Positions 39,358-49,746 of a stretch of 64,000 nt of DNA are shown piece by piece (position 1 is the stretch's first letter; the number at the start of each line of letters is the position of its first letter). Both the position numbers and the translations under genes were made by a program. A model generated the notes under the pieces. The model made no database searches, was not told where the DNA came from, and worked only from the letters and a program-made list of their open reading frames with translations. Source of the stretch: an uncultured Acidobacteriaceae bacterium (GTDB lineage Bacteria; Acidobacteriota; Terriglobia; Terriglobales; Acidobacteriaceae); NCBI GenBank assembly GCA_963791965.1, contig CAWBUK010000007.1, forward strand, positions 9,586 to 73,585, in the 5' to 3' direction.

Positions 39358-40602
39358 TTACGACGGATGCGGCTCCCCTTCGATCACCCGCACCGTGTCG
39401 CGAGCGATCAGTAGTTCTTCATCCGTCGGGATCGCATAGGCCAGCAGCTTCGAGTCGTCGGTCGAAATAAGTCCTTCGCGACCTACTGTCTCCTGATTGC
39501 GTGCGTCGTCAATCTTCAGCCCCGCCCACTCCATTCCGGCGCAAATGCGAGCGCGAATGTCAGGCGAGTTCTCGCCGATGCCGCCAGTGAACACCACCGC
39601 GTCAGCTCCCTGCATGCAGGCCAGGAATGCTCCAATGTACTTGCGCGCGCGATAGCAGAAGAGTTCGATGGCCAGACGCACGCGACGGTCATCATGTTCC
39701 GTAAGCTCCGACTCCAGCCCCCGCATATCGTTGGTCAGCCCCGATACGCCCAGCAATCCCGACTGCGTATTCAGCAGCGTCTCCACCTCAGACACCGACA
39801 TACCTTCCTTGTTGGCAATCAGGTTCACGATCGCAGGATCGAGATCGCCCGAGCGCGTACCCATCACCAAGCCTTCGAGTGGAGTCATGCCCATCGACGT
39901 ATCAACCGAGTTGCCGCCCTTGATCGCGTCCGCCGAGCAGCCATTGCCCAGATGAAAGGTGATGATGTTGGTCTGCTCGCGGGTTAGGTTGCGCAGCGCG
40001 CGGTAGCGAAACGCCACGTAGCGATGCGAGGTGCCGTGAAATCCGTAGCGCCGAATCTTGTGCCGCCGGTACAGGTGATACGGAATCGCGTAGAGATACG
40101 CCTGCTCCGGAAGCGTGTGGTGAAACGAAGTGTCAAACACCGCGACCTGCGGCACCCGCGATCCGAACAGGTCGCGTGCCGCCAGGATGCCGCGAATGTT
40201 GTTGGGATTGTGTAGCGGCGCCAGATCGATACACTCTTCAATCCCTTGCAGCACCTGTTCGTCGATCAGCGCCGATTCCTTGAACGTCTCTCCCCCATGC
40301 ACGATGCGATGCCCGACGGCATGAATGTCGCCCGCACTCTGGATGTCCTTCACGCCCGACTTGTCGGAAGCGATGTAGCGCACCAGGTAATCCAATGCGG
40401 CTGCGATGTCGCGCAGCGGAGCGGTAAATTTCTGCTTGGGATTCTGGCCCGCCTGGAAGGTGACAATCGCCTCGCCCCCGAGTCGCTCCACCTCGCCGCG
40501 GCACAGACGCTCATCTTTGTACGCCTTGATGCGTTCGAGATCGGTGGCGATTACCTGGAACTTCAGGCTGGAGCTTCCCGAGTTGAGGACCAGTACGTTC
40601 AT
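39358..40602 (-). CDS. ackA: acetate kinase
   Basis: [18 protein letters not shown]-terminus, [16 protein letters not shown]. Confidence 0.95.
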   Translation of the reverse strand: MNVLVLNSGSSSLKFQVIATDLERIKAYKDERLCRGEVERLGGEAIVTFQAGQNPKQKFTAPLRDIAAALDYLVRYIASDKSGVKDIQSAGDIHAVGHRIVHGGETFKESALIDEQVLQGIEECIDLAPLHNPNNIRGILAARDLFGSRVPQVAVFDTSFHHTLPEQAYLYAIPYHLYRRHKIRRYGFHGTSHRYVAFRYRALRNLTREQTNIITFHLGNGCSADAIKGGNSVDTSMGMTPLEGLVMGTRSGDLDPAIVNLIANKEGMSVSEVETLLNTQSGLLGVSGLTNDMRGLESELTEHDDRRVRLAIELFCYRARKYIGAFLACMQGADAVVFTGGIGENSPDIRARICAGMEWAGLKIDDARNQETVGREGLISTDDSKLLAYAIPTDEELLIARDTVRVIEGEPHPS

Positions 40603-40804
40603 GCACCGATTCTCACTGAGCGCGGGGAAAAAAGGAAGAAGCAGACGTTCTGTTTTCCAAGCTGTAACAACAGCAGATCATCCATCGATGATGAGTCGCT
40701 CTGCTTCGAAGGCGCAATAACACGCCCGTCCGTCTGGGTTGCGCTCGGTTGAGCGAGGGCCTTCACCAGTGAACTCTCCAGCCCGGCAGGGCGGCTCAGT
40801 GTAG

Positions 40805-40842
40805 CCCAGCGTGAAGGTCGCCGCGGCGACCGGAACGCTGGG
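40805..40842. repeat. 38-bp near-perfect palindrome (REP-like)
   Basis: CCCAGCGT-GAA-GGTCGCCGCGGCGACC-GGA-ACGCTGGG in the ackA/TPR-gene divergent intergenic region. Confidence 0.6.
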
Positions 40843-40935
40843 TTACCGTGGAAATCCGCCGCAGCCCCGGTGCGGGCTCCGATTCCGCATAATCGCACCC
40901 CGAGAGTTCAAATCCGCGCTCGGGTTAACTAGAAT

Positions 40936-41529
40936 ATGAATGTGAAGTATCGATTCATTCTGTTCGTCCTGATTTGTTTTCTGATTGTTCCGCTGTACAT
41001 GGCGCATGCGCAGGAGCAGGCGCCGGTGGAGACGGTTCCCACTGACAAGAACGCACCTCCGCCAGAAGACAACAGCGCCAACCCGCCACGTTCAGACGGT
41101 GCTGCGGCCGGCGAGAGTTCCAGCAAAGACACGCAAATCGATGTCTCGCCTCCGGCGAACGATGCCAAAACCCATCCTGGCGCCGATCTGGACGAGTCCA
41201 GCGACACCGGTGAGTTCACCCAGTGGAATCCCATGAAGGCGATGAAAGACGTGGAGGTAGGCGACTTCTACTTCAAACGGGAAAACTATTCCGCTGCCGT
41301 CAGCCGTTACCGTGAAGCGCTGGAGTACAAAGCGCACGACGCGGAGGCCACTTACAAACTGGCGGCTGCGCTGGAGAAGTCAGGCGATCTGAAGGGTGCT
41401 CTGGAAAACTACCAGGCGTATTTGAAAATCCTTCCCAAGGGCCCCTACGCCGATAAGGCGGAGAAGGGAATTGAGCACCTGAAGCAGAAGGGCATCACTG
41501 CCAGCGCCACTCCCGGTCAGCCTAAGTAG
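40936..41529 (+). CDS. secreted TPR-repeat protein
   Basis: Signal peptide (FILFVLICFLIVPLYMAHA), a low-complexity acidic linker, and TPR-like helices (GDFYFKRENYSAAVSRYREALEY..; GDLKGALENYQAYLKILP). Confidence 0.75.
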   Translation: MNVKYRFILFVLICFLIVPLYMAHAQEQAPVETVPTDKNAPPPEDNSANPPRSDGAAAGESSSKDTQIDVSPPANDAKTHPGADLDESSDTGEFTQWNPMKAMKDVEVGDFYFKRENYSAAVSRYREALEYKAHDAEATYKLAAALEKSGDLKGALENYQAYLKILPKGPYADKAEKGIEHLKQKGITASATPGQPK

Positions 41530-41534
41530 CAGGT

Positions 41535-42002
41535 TCAGTTTTTCGGAGACTGCTGCTCCACCGGCGTTCCCTGTTGCGGACTACCATCGTCTCTTCCCGC
41601 GTTCTTACCGCCCTTGTCATAGATACTGAACTGGCCGACGGGCCGCTTCAACCGGATCTCAATGTCCTGGTTGGGCTGATTGATGTCGTAATCCTGCCCG
41701 AAAGTTTGAAAGCCGGGCGCAAGAACTTGTATGCGCAACTTGCCGTAGGGAACACCCTCGTCGTCAATCACGCCGTCGCCATTGGTCTTCAGCTGGTAGC
41801 CTCCCTTGCTCTGGCCTCCGTCCTTGTCAACCGCATGCAACACGATGGAAGCGTTCCGCACCGGCTTGCCGTTGTCGTCTTTCACTACGCTAAAGTGCAG
41901 AACGGCAAGCTCCTGAGGAGCGCTCTTCTTTTTGTCCTTCGCGATAACGCCGGTGGTGAGCAGGATGAGCAGGGCAGTCAGCAACGCACAACGGGACTTC
42001 AT
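41535..42002 (-). CDS. secreted CarboxypepD_reg-like (Ig-fold) protein
   Basis: Internal ATG 42002 gives the signal peptide MKSRCALLTALLILLTTGVIA. The beta-rich ~130-aa body (HFSVVKDDNGKPVRNASIVLH..) fits. The family call is from memory. Confidence 0.55.
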   Translation of the reverse strand: MKSRCALLTALLILLTTGVIAKDKKKSAPQELAVLHFSVVKDDNGKPVRNASIVLHAVDKDGGQSKGGYQLKTNGDGVIDDEGVPYGKLRIQVLAPGFQTFGQDYDINQPNQDIEIRLKRPVGQFSIYDKGGKNAGRDDGSPQQGTPVEQQSPKN

Positions 42003-42218
42003 GCGCCCATTATGGCAACTCATGGTTGGCTACTGCAACTGCTCCAACTCGGCAGGTCTGCCCGGCGACGCTCCTAAACCCGATTCACCACCGAGAACAC
42101 CGAGGGCACGGAGCATCAGGAAAAAGAAATCGAGACCTCTGCTCCGGACTCCGTGACCTCTGTGCTCTCGGTGGTGAGGCCTCTTTCCACTACGCCCATA
42201 GCTATAATCGAAATTTCC

Positions 42219-44683
42219 ATGCCCGTCTCAACCACTGTCTCCTCTGCACGCCCCAAGCGATTCAGTCTGACCATGCGAGTGGTGATTGCGCTGCTCGCCT
42301 TTGTGTTGTTCCTGTTCCTCATCGCCGATGTCTGGTTCTTCCGCGCCGCCAAAGCGTCACTGCCGCTGGTGGACGGAACAATCAAGCTGGCGGGCCTGAG
42401 CGCTCCCGTGATTGTCGCTCGCGACTCGCTGGGCGTGCCCAACATCTCTGCCCAGAACCTGCATGACCTGTTCTTTGCCCAGGGTTTCGTTACCGCGCAG
42501 GACCGCCTGTGGCAGATGGACATGACCCGCCGCTTCGCCTCGGGAGATATCGCGGCGGTGCTCGGCCCGGAATACATCAAGACCGATGAAGAGCAGCGCA
42601 TTCTGGGGCTCCGCCAGGTCGCGGAGAAGACGGTGGCGAACCTGCCCGCCGAGGAGCGCGCCCGGCTGCAGTCCTATGCCGATGGCGTCAACGCTTACAT
42701 CGCGCTTCACCAGAAGACGCTTCCGCTGGAATTTCGCCTGATGACCTACTTCCCGTACGAGTGGACTGTCGAGGACACCGTGCTCGTCGGCCTGTCGATG
42801 ACGGAGTTCCTGAACCACTACGAATACAAGAAGGAGTTACAGCGCGAGAAGATTCTCGCCAGGCTGGGTCCCGAACTGACAGCAGACTTGTACGTTAACT
42901 CTTCGTGGCGTGATCACGTGCCGGGCGAAGAAGGGCAATCGATTGAGAACGAGCCTCCGGCGGGCGAAAGTCCTGATCAGGAGGAAGAGGAAGCGCCAAC
43001 CAAGGGAAAGCCGCAGAAGCGCTCGTCGCTCCAGCAACTGCAGGCCCCTCGCCGTTTCCAATCAGCGCTCAGGATGACAATTTTGGGAGCGATCTCCGTC
43101 CCGGCTCCAACAACTGGGTCGTTTCCGGAGCACACACCGTTACCGGCAAGCCGATGCTGTCGAATGACATGCACCTCGACCTGCGTATGCCCAATACCTG
43201 GTATGAGGCGCATCTGACAGCCGGGGACTACGACGTTGTGGGAGTTACCCTCCCTGGTGTCCCCTACGTCATTGTGGGACATAATCAACACGTCGCCTGG
43301 GGATTCACCAACCTCGGGCCTCATGTCGAAGACCTGTACGTGGAGAAGTTTAACGATCGCGGCGAATACCTCACGCCGCAAGGCTGGAAGCAGCCCGAGC
43401 ATCGCAAAGAGATCATCCGGGTGAAGGGCAAGCCTGAGGTCAACCTCGACGTGGTGATCACGCGCCACGGCCCTATTCTCACTGCGATCATTCCCGGCGA
43501 AACGCGGCAGCTGGCGTTGAAATGGACGGTCTACGACCCCAGCGCCAGCAACGTATCGTTCTTCGACGTGGACTCCGCCCGTAACTGGGAAGAGTTCCGC
43601 GCTGCGTTTTCAAAGTTCACTTCGCCGGGACAGAATGTCGTCTATGCCGACACCGACGGCAACATTGGATATCAGGCGACCGGGCAAGTTCCGATTCGCG
43701 CCGCAGGTGACGGTTCGCTGCCCGTGCCTGGCGAAGACGACGCGCACGAGTGGACCGGCTACGTGCCTTACGACAAGATGCCGATGGTCTACGATCCGCC
43801 GTCGGGAATCATCGCAACCGCGAACGCGCGCGTGACCCCTAAAGATTATCCCTACACCCTGTCCATCGAATGGGGCGGGTCGTATCGCGTGCAGCGTATC
43901 TACAAGCTGCTGGGCGCGAAGAAACAGCTCACTGCAGAAGACATGCTGGCGATCCAAACCGACGTGGTGTCGGAACTCGATCGCTTCTGCGCGCAGCGCT
44001 TCGTTTACGCCATCGACCACACCTCCGGCGCTTCGCCGCGTGCCAAGGCTGCTGCTGACCTCATGCGCAATTGGGACGGCACCATGAGCACCGACCTCGC
44101 CGCTCCCACCATCGCGTATTACTCACGCGCAGCCCTGGGCGAGATATTGCTGAAGGCAAAACTCGGAGACGACTGGAAGTCTTATCGCTGGTTTATGAAG
44201 CCGGTATGGCTGGAGAACATTCTCACCGGCCAGCCGCCGCGCTGGCTACCTTCAGAGTATGCCGACTACAACGCGCTGCTCACCGCGGCAGTGGAAGCCG
44301 CTCTCAAACAGGAGAACGCGCCAGCTGCGCTTTCCAGCTGGAGATGGGGAAGAGTTCACCGGGTCGACGTACAACATCCGTTCTGGAGTAACTTCCCGGT
44401 GCTCAAGCGCGCCACGCCCGGCCCGCAGCCGTTGTCAGGCGACGAGCAGACCATCAAGCAGGTTGCCGAACACTTCGGTCCATCGGAGCGGTTCACCGCC
44501 GATTTGTCGGACCTCGACCACTCCACGCTCGACATCGTGAATGGCCAGTCGGGCAACATTTTCAACGAGCACTTCAACGATCAGTGGGATGCGTATTATC
44601 ACGGCCGCACTTTTGCGCTGCCGTTCTCGTCCAAGGCGGTTAACGCGGCGGGAGTGCATCATCTGCGGTTAGAACCACAATAA
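42219..44683 (+). pseudogene. penicillin-acylase-family Ntn hydrolase (penicillin amidase / AHL-acylase-like), interrupted by a frame shift
   Basis: The alpha-subunit part is in ORF 42153..43217 (DRLWQMD..). The beta-subunit starts at the nucleophile motif G-SNNWVVSGAHTVTGKPMLSNDMHL, which is in the frame of ORF 43154..44683. That frame is open from 42977, so the shift lies in the spacer region 42977-43050. Confidence 0.85.
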
Positions 44684-44702
44684 GCAGAGCGGCTCCGCAG
44701 GT

Positions 44703-47700
44703 TTACGAGGCTGCTGCTTGCGTGTACTCAAACGGCAGGTATACGGAAACTGCCGTGCCTTTGCCCGGCAAGCTGCGAATCCGGATGCTTCCCTTGTGCT
44801 TCTCGACGATTCCTTTGCTGACCCACAAGCCGAGTCCGGTACCGGTGTCACCTTTCGTGGTGAAGAAAGGTTCAAAGAGCTTCGCGCTAACCTCGGCGTC
44901 CATGCCTGTGCCGGAATCCATCACAATCACGCGAATACCTTTCGGACCGGTTTGCGATCCGCTACGCGCCGGCCGTACCGAAACCAGCATCTCGCCACCC
45001 TTCTTCATGGCGTCGAGCGAGTTCGATATCAGGTTGGTAAACACCTGCTGTAACTCGCCGGGGAAGCAAAGCAGCTCTGGCGTGTCGTCGTATTGCTTAC
45101 GCAGGTTGATGCCAAGCCGGGTGAGGCGCGGTTGAAATACGGTCAATACCGACTCGATCAGATCGCGAACCGAGATCGACGCGGGAGCAGTAGACTGTCG
45201 GAAAAACTTCAAGCTGGTGCGAGCGATTTGCGAGAGCCTTTGCAATTCGCTATCGGCGACGCTCAGCAGTCCTTTCGTGTCTTCGCTCAGCTCAGGTGCA
45301 GTCTTGGCCAGGAAGAGCAGGTTGGTAACCGCCTCCAGCGGATTGTTGATCTCATGCGAGATGCTGGCCGCCAGCTTGCCTGCGGCTGCGACTTGTTCCG
45401 CTCGCACCAGCGCCTTCTCCACCAGTCGCGTCTCGGTTGCATCGCGCGCGGAGACCGCCACCCCGCCATCAGGCATGGGATAAATGCGGATGCGATACCA
45501 GCGCTGCCAGGGCTGATACAGCCATTCGAATTCGCTCATCTCCCGATTCGCCATTGCCCGCCGGTATTGCGCTTCCAGTTCGGTTCCGATGACCGCGGGA
45601 AAGAGCTCCCATATGGTGCGGCCCATGTACTCTTGCCGCGGCTGTTTCCAGATTTCCTCGGCGGCAGCATTCATGTAGGTGATCCGCCACTCGGTGTCGT
45701 AGATCCAGAAACCATCGGTGAGGTGTTCCAGCGCTTCCGATGCCTCATGGCGCGCCTGTTGCACGCTCTTCAGCAAGTCCAACTCGCGCTGCTGGGCCGA
45801 GCGGCGAAATTCGGCCATGCGGATGTGCGACTCCACCCGTGCCAGCAGTTCGCGAGCGGTAAACGGCTTCACCAGGTAATCGTCGGCGCCCGCTTGCAGG
45901 CCTTCCACCCGGGCCTCTTCTCCAGCGCGGGCTGAAAGCATGATGACCGGAACCGTGTTGGTGGCGGTATTGCTTCGCAACGCAGCCAGTAGCTGAAAGC
46001 CATCCATCTCCGGCATCATCACATCGGTCAGGACCAGGTCAGGCGGATCGGCCTCTGCCAGCGCAAGCGCCAGCTTGCCATTCTCCGCCGTCTTTACCCG
46101 GAAGTTTCGCGCCAGCAGACGCCGTACATAGTCGCGCATGTCGGGGTTGTCATCCACCAGCAGCACCGTGCTGAGGGAAGAACTCTTGCCGTCCTCCGGC
46201 AACGCCGTTGTGCTTTGCAGATCGAGAGCGAGTTCCGGCGAGGCGCCTGCGTCGGGTAGCCAGCTCATCGCCTCCTGAACATAAAGGGCTGCACTGCTCG
46301 GCGTCGCCGGCCGCTCCAGCAAGCGCCGCTGAACCCGGTCGGCGGGCAGATGGTCCGCACCCAGCGGGAGCGCAATGGTGAAGGTTGTACCCGATCCCAC
46401 CACGCTATGAACGCTGATCGAGCCACCGTGCATGGTGACCAGTTCATGGACCAGCGCCAGGCCAATGCCGCTGCCTTCATTAGTGCGGCGTTGCGCGCCT
46501 TCAATGCGGCGGAAGCGCTCGAACAGATGCGGGATCTCTTCCTCTGCGATGCCAGTGCCAGTGTCGCTGACCACCAGGTTGGCCGAGCCATCGGACTCCC
46601 TGAGCGTTACCGCGATCTCTCCCTGGAAGGTGGACTTGAATGCGTTGGACAGAAGATTGAGCACGATCTTCTCCCACATATCGCGGTCGACATAAGCCGG
46701 ATGAGAGAGCCCGTGGCAGTCGATCCGCAATCGCAATCCGGCCTTCTCGGCGGCGGAGCGGAAGACGCTCGCCAACTCCGAGGTCAACTGACAAAGATCG
46801 ACCGGTTCGAACTGCGCCTGTACCCGGCCGGCTTCAAGGCGCGAGAAGTCGAGCAGGGCATTCACCAGTTTCAGCAGCCGCATCGCATTGCGATGAAGCA
46901 ACTCGAAGTCCTGTCGCTCTTCGTCCGAAGACATCGGTCGCGCCAGGACGGCCTCAATCGGCCCCAGCATCAGGGTCAGCGGGGTGCGAAATTCGTGGCT
47001 GACGTTGCTGAAGAAAATCGTTTTGGCTTTGTCCAGTTCGGCCAGCGCCTGCGAGCGCTTGCGTTCTTCCTCGTAGGCTCTTGCATTCACCATGGCAGTG
47101 GCCACGTGGTCCGCCACCAGGTTGTAGAAGGTGCTGTACTCTTCGTCGAGCTCGCGGGTCGGATTAACCCCGGCGACCAGGATGCCGAGCGCCTGCTTTT
47201 CCGCCCGCGACTTCATCGGCAGCACCAAAGCTTGCTTCACTTTTTGCTGCGCTGGCCCCAGAGGCAACGAATCGATGTGGGCAACCGAAATCACCCGCGA
47301 ATGACCGCTGCGAATCTCGTCCAGGAAGCTTTCGGCGCCATCCGCTTTACCGTCATGAGCAAGGATTAAGAAACGGGAATGCGCGGTGCCAATCGCCGTC
47401 CGGTACCCCGGTGCGGCCCTGCAGCACGACCTCGCGTCCGTCTGGAGAGAGATGGAACAGCAGCGCAAACGGAACGTCGTCGGGATTCCTTCCCAGGGTG
47501 CGCGCCGCTGAGGCGCAGGCGTTGCTTACACTTCTTTCCAGGAATGCGTCGGCTGAAAGCTCCGACAGCGTGCGCAGGCGGCGCGCATTCAGAACCTTGG
47601 GCGTGACTTCGGTCGACGGGCAAAACAGTCCACTTACCTTGCCCGACTCATCCAGAATGGGGCTGTAGGAAAACGAGTAATAGGTTTCCTCAAGGTAATC

Positions 47701-48156
47701 GCCGCGATTCATGAACAGCCGTACATCGTCCAGAAACGACGGCTCACCCTTTTGAAAAACTTTGTCGGCGAGCGGCCCGCAAACGTCCCAGATCTCGCGC
47801 CAAACTTCCTGTGTCGGTTTGCCCAAAGCCGAGGGATGCTTCGCCATACTCAGCACCCGGATGTAGGCGTCGTTATAGAGGAAGGTCATGGCCGGGCCCC
47901 AGCCGATCCACATGGGGTGCTGCGAGTTGAGGATCAGGCTGACCGAGGTGCGCAAGCTCTGCGGCCACGAGGAAATCGGTCCCAGCGGCGTCTGCGACCA
48001 GTCATGCGCCCGGATCAGGGCGGCCATCTCGCTGTCGCCCTCCATAGTTGTCAGCTTAAGCGTAGTGAAGGAATCTGGAGTCGCCGCGGCGGCGGCCAGG
48101 GATGCGGGTATGCCGTCCGAGGTCGCTTCGGAGCTGGGAGTGACACGTGAGCTCAT
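44703..48156 (-). pseudogene. multidomain sensor: PAS-GAF-HisKA-HATPase-REC-PAS-HisKA-HATPase (two kinase cores), interrupted by a 1-nt frame shift
   Basis: ORF 47353..48156 has the N-terminal PAS (DWSQTPLGPISSWPQSLR..YNDAY) and the start of GAF. ORF 44703..47468 has the rest of GAF, H-box 1 SHEFRTPL with HATPase 1 (DTGTGIA..GSGIGLAL), REC (LLVDDNPD..LVLTDVMMPE), PAS, and H-box 2 SHEINNPLEA with HATPase 2 (DSGTGM..GTGLGLWVS). They join at about 47390-47403. Confidence 0.85.
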
Positions 48157-48285
48157 ATCGATCGTAGGGAAGTCGTGCCCGTCCCGTTACCCCGGGTACT
48201 CAGTGGCTCTGTAATTTGATGCGAGGTTCCGCTCAGGATTTGCCTGACCTTTGGCGCTAATTTGACATCGAAGCCGACATTCTAC

Positions 48286-48318
48286 AAAAAAAACAGGGCG
48301 AGGCGCGGCCCCGTCTGC
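48286..48318 (-). terminator. candidate intrinsic terminator after the beta-propeller lipoprotein gene
   Basis: On the minus strand: an imperfect GC-rich hairpin CAGACGGGGCCGCGCCTCGCCCTG followed by T8, about 45 nt after the stop. Confidence 0.55.
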
Positions 48319-48361
48319 ATTCGAAAGGCTGGTAGGCGTAGATTGGCGTTCTGAGCTCGGC

Positions 48362-49669
48362 TTACTGATCGATCTGCACTAAATCGCTGAGCGCGCCGCG
48401 GAACTGAAGCTGTATCTTTTGCAACTGGTCCGTGGTGGTGTCGTAAATGTACAGCACTCCACCTTGCACCACGTACATGACGGTGCGATTGGGAATGGGC
48501 AGAATACCGGTGACGGGCCCCAGCGGCGGTAGGGGCGCATCGGGGGTCTGGGTAGTCACGTTCACGATGGACAGGCATCCGGTGACGGTGTTGCTGCAGG
48601 TCTTGGCGCCGATATAAAGCTTGTTATTGTTCAGCGCCATTTTCCACTGTTGACCATCGTTGATCGGTATCGAGGTCGGAGTGGTGCGGGTCATGCTCGA
48701 GACATCCACGGCATCGTAGGTGCCGTTCGCGCCGCCGGCATATCCCGCGACATAGAGGTTGTTGCCGTTCAGCAGCCCCACCGATGCGCCGCCCACTTCG
48801 ACCGTGGTCTTGATGGCCTGCGCCGTCATATCAAACTGCGCCACCGACGGAGCCGCGCTGCCTCCGCACTGATTACCGCAATTCAGTACATAAGCGGTAT
48901 TGCCATCGCTGCTGAAAAACGCATTCACCGGGCGTGAAAATCCAGGAATAGCAACTGGCGTGATGGTCGTAGCGCTGAGGTTGATCACCCACATGGAATC
49001 GGAGTTGTCGGCAAACGCCAGCAAAATGGTCCCGGCAGGATTCAGCGCCAGCCACCGCACCGAGGGTACTGCATACGTGGTCGAAATCACGTCGTTCACG
49101 ACGTCGATCACCTGGATGGCATTCGAATTCCCGGTGGGCACGTACAGCGTATTGGAATCGTTAGAAAATACTTCCATCGCCGCCCACGCCGGCAGCGTGA
49201 CCGAGGCTGTCGTAACCTGAGTCGAATTGTCTACCAGGCCGATAGTAAGGTTGGTCGGATCGTAAACCGCCGTGGTGGCCGCGCTAGGACTACGCGCCAA
49301 AAATGTGGCCGAGATTCCTACCGGAATATTCACCGAGAGATCGACAATCTGATTGGTGGTGCCGGAATTGGTGTAGCTCGAGGAATAGAAGGCAGTCGTG
49401 TCGTTGGCGGTGTCAACGATTTGAAGATTACCGGAATACTTATTGCTGATGTAGGCCCGGTTCTTCAGTGCGTTCTTGGGATTCGTGACGGTGTTGCCGT
49501 TTGACAATGTTACGGACTGGTTGCCGTTGTTGCCTCCGCAGGCCGCAAACCCCAGCAACAGCACCGCGGCTCCAAAAAGCGCCACTACGCGATTCAAAAC
49601 TCTGCCCTGCAATTGGTTCCTATCGTACGTATGTCGTTGGAAAAGTGAATTATAACAAAGCGAACGCAT
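48362..49669 (-). CDS. YVTN-type beta-propeller repeat lipoprotein (start uncertain)
   Basis: Lipobox LLLGFAAC. Repeated x-LY(V/I)-x-N/G...(I/V)D motifs (NRAYISN..LQIVD, NTLYVPT..IQVIDV, LYIYDTT). A more likely start is TTG 49612 (AGGAA RBS) or TTG 49597. Confidence 0.75.
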   Translation of the reverse strand: MRSLCYNSLFQRHTYDRNQLQGRVLNRVVALFGAAVLLLGFAACGGNNGNQSVTLSNGNTVTNPKNALKNRAYISNKYSGNLQIVDTANDTTAFYSSSYTNSGTTNQIVDLSVNIPVGISATFLARSPSAATTAVYDPTNLTIGLVDNSTQVTTASVTLPAWAAMEVFSNDSNTLYVPTGNSNAIQVIDVVNDVISTTYAVPSVRWLALNPAGTILLAFADNSDSMWVINLSATTITPVAIPGFSRPVNAFFSSDGNTAYVLNCGNQCGGSAAPSVAQFDMTAQAIKTTVEVGGASVGLLNGNNLYVAGYAGGANGTYDAVDVSSMTRTTPTSIPINDGQQWKMALNNNKLYIGAKTCSNTVTGCLSIVNVTTQTPDAPLPPLGPVTGILPIPNRTVMYVVQGGVLYIYDTTTDQLQKIQLQFRGALSDLVQIDQ

Positions 49670-49746
49670 GGCGCCTCCCAGGCTCCCTCAAGCTTTGAGT
49701 CATGTACGATAGACTTCTGCTCCCGCTAACGGCGCAGTCACCCAGT

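Noticed and set aside
40880-40930. tRNA-like fragment (GAGTTCAAATCC resembles a T-loop) upstream of the TPR gene.
   Set aside because: No 5-bp T-stem can be formed around the TTCAAAT loop. The candidate anticodon hairpin has a 6-nt loop, and no acceptor stem is present. This is only a CCCGAG...CTCGGG hairpin.
49600-49746. SAH or SAM riboswitch upstream of the homocysteine methyltransferase/MTHFR gene (contains CAGGCTC and AACGGCGC, reminiscent of SAH-riboswitch segments).
   Set aside because: The conserved 5' GAGG(A/G)GCGCUGCGAC-type segment and the required pairings are not evident. The space is short and partly occupied by the 5' end of the divergent lipoprotein gene. An Infernal/Rfam scan would be decisive, and I cannot support the call by eye.
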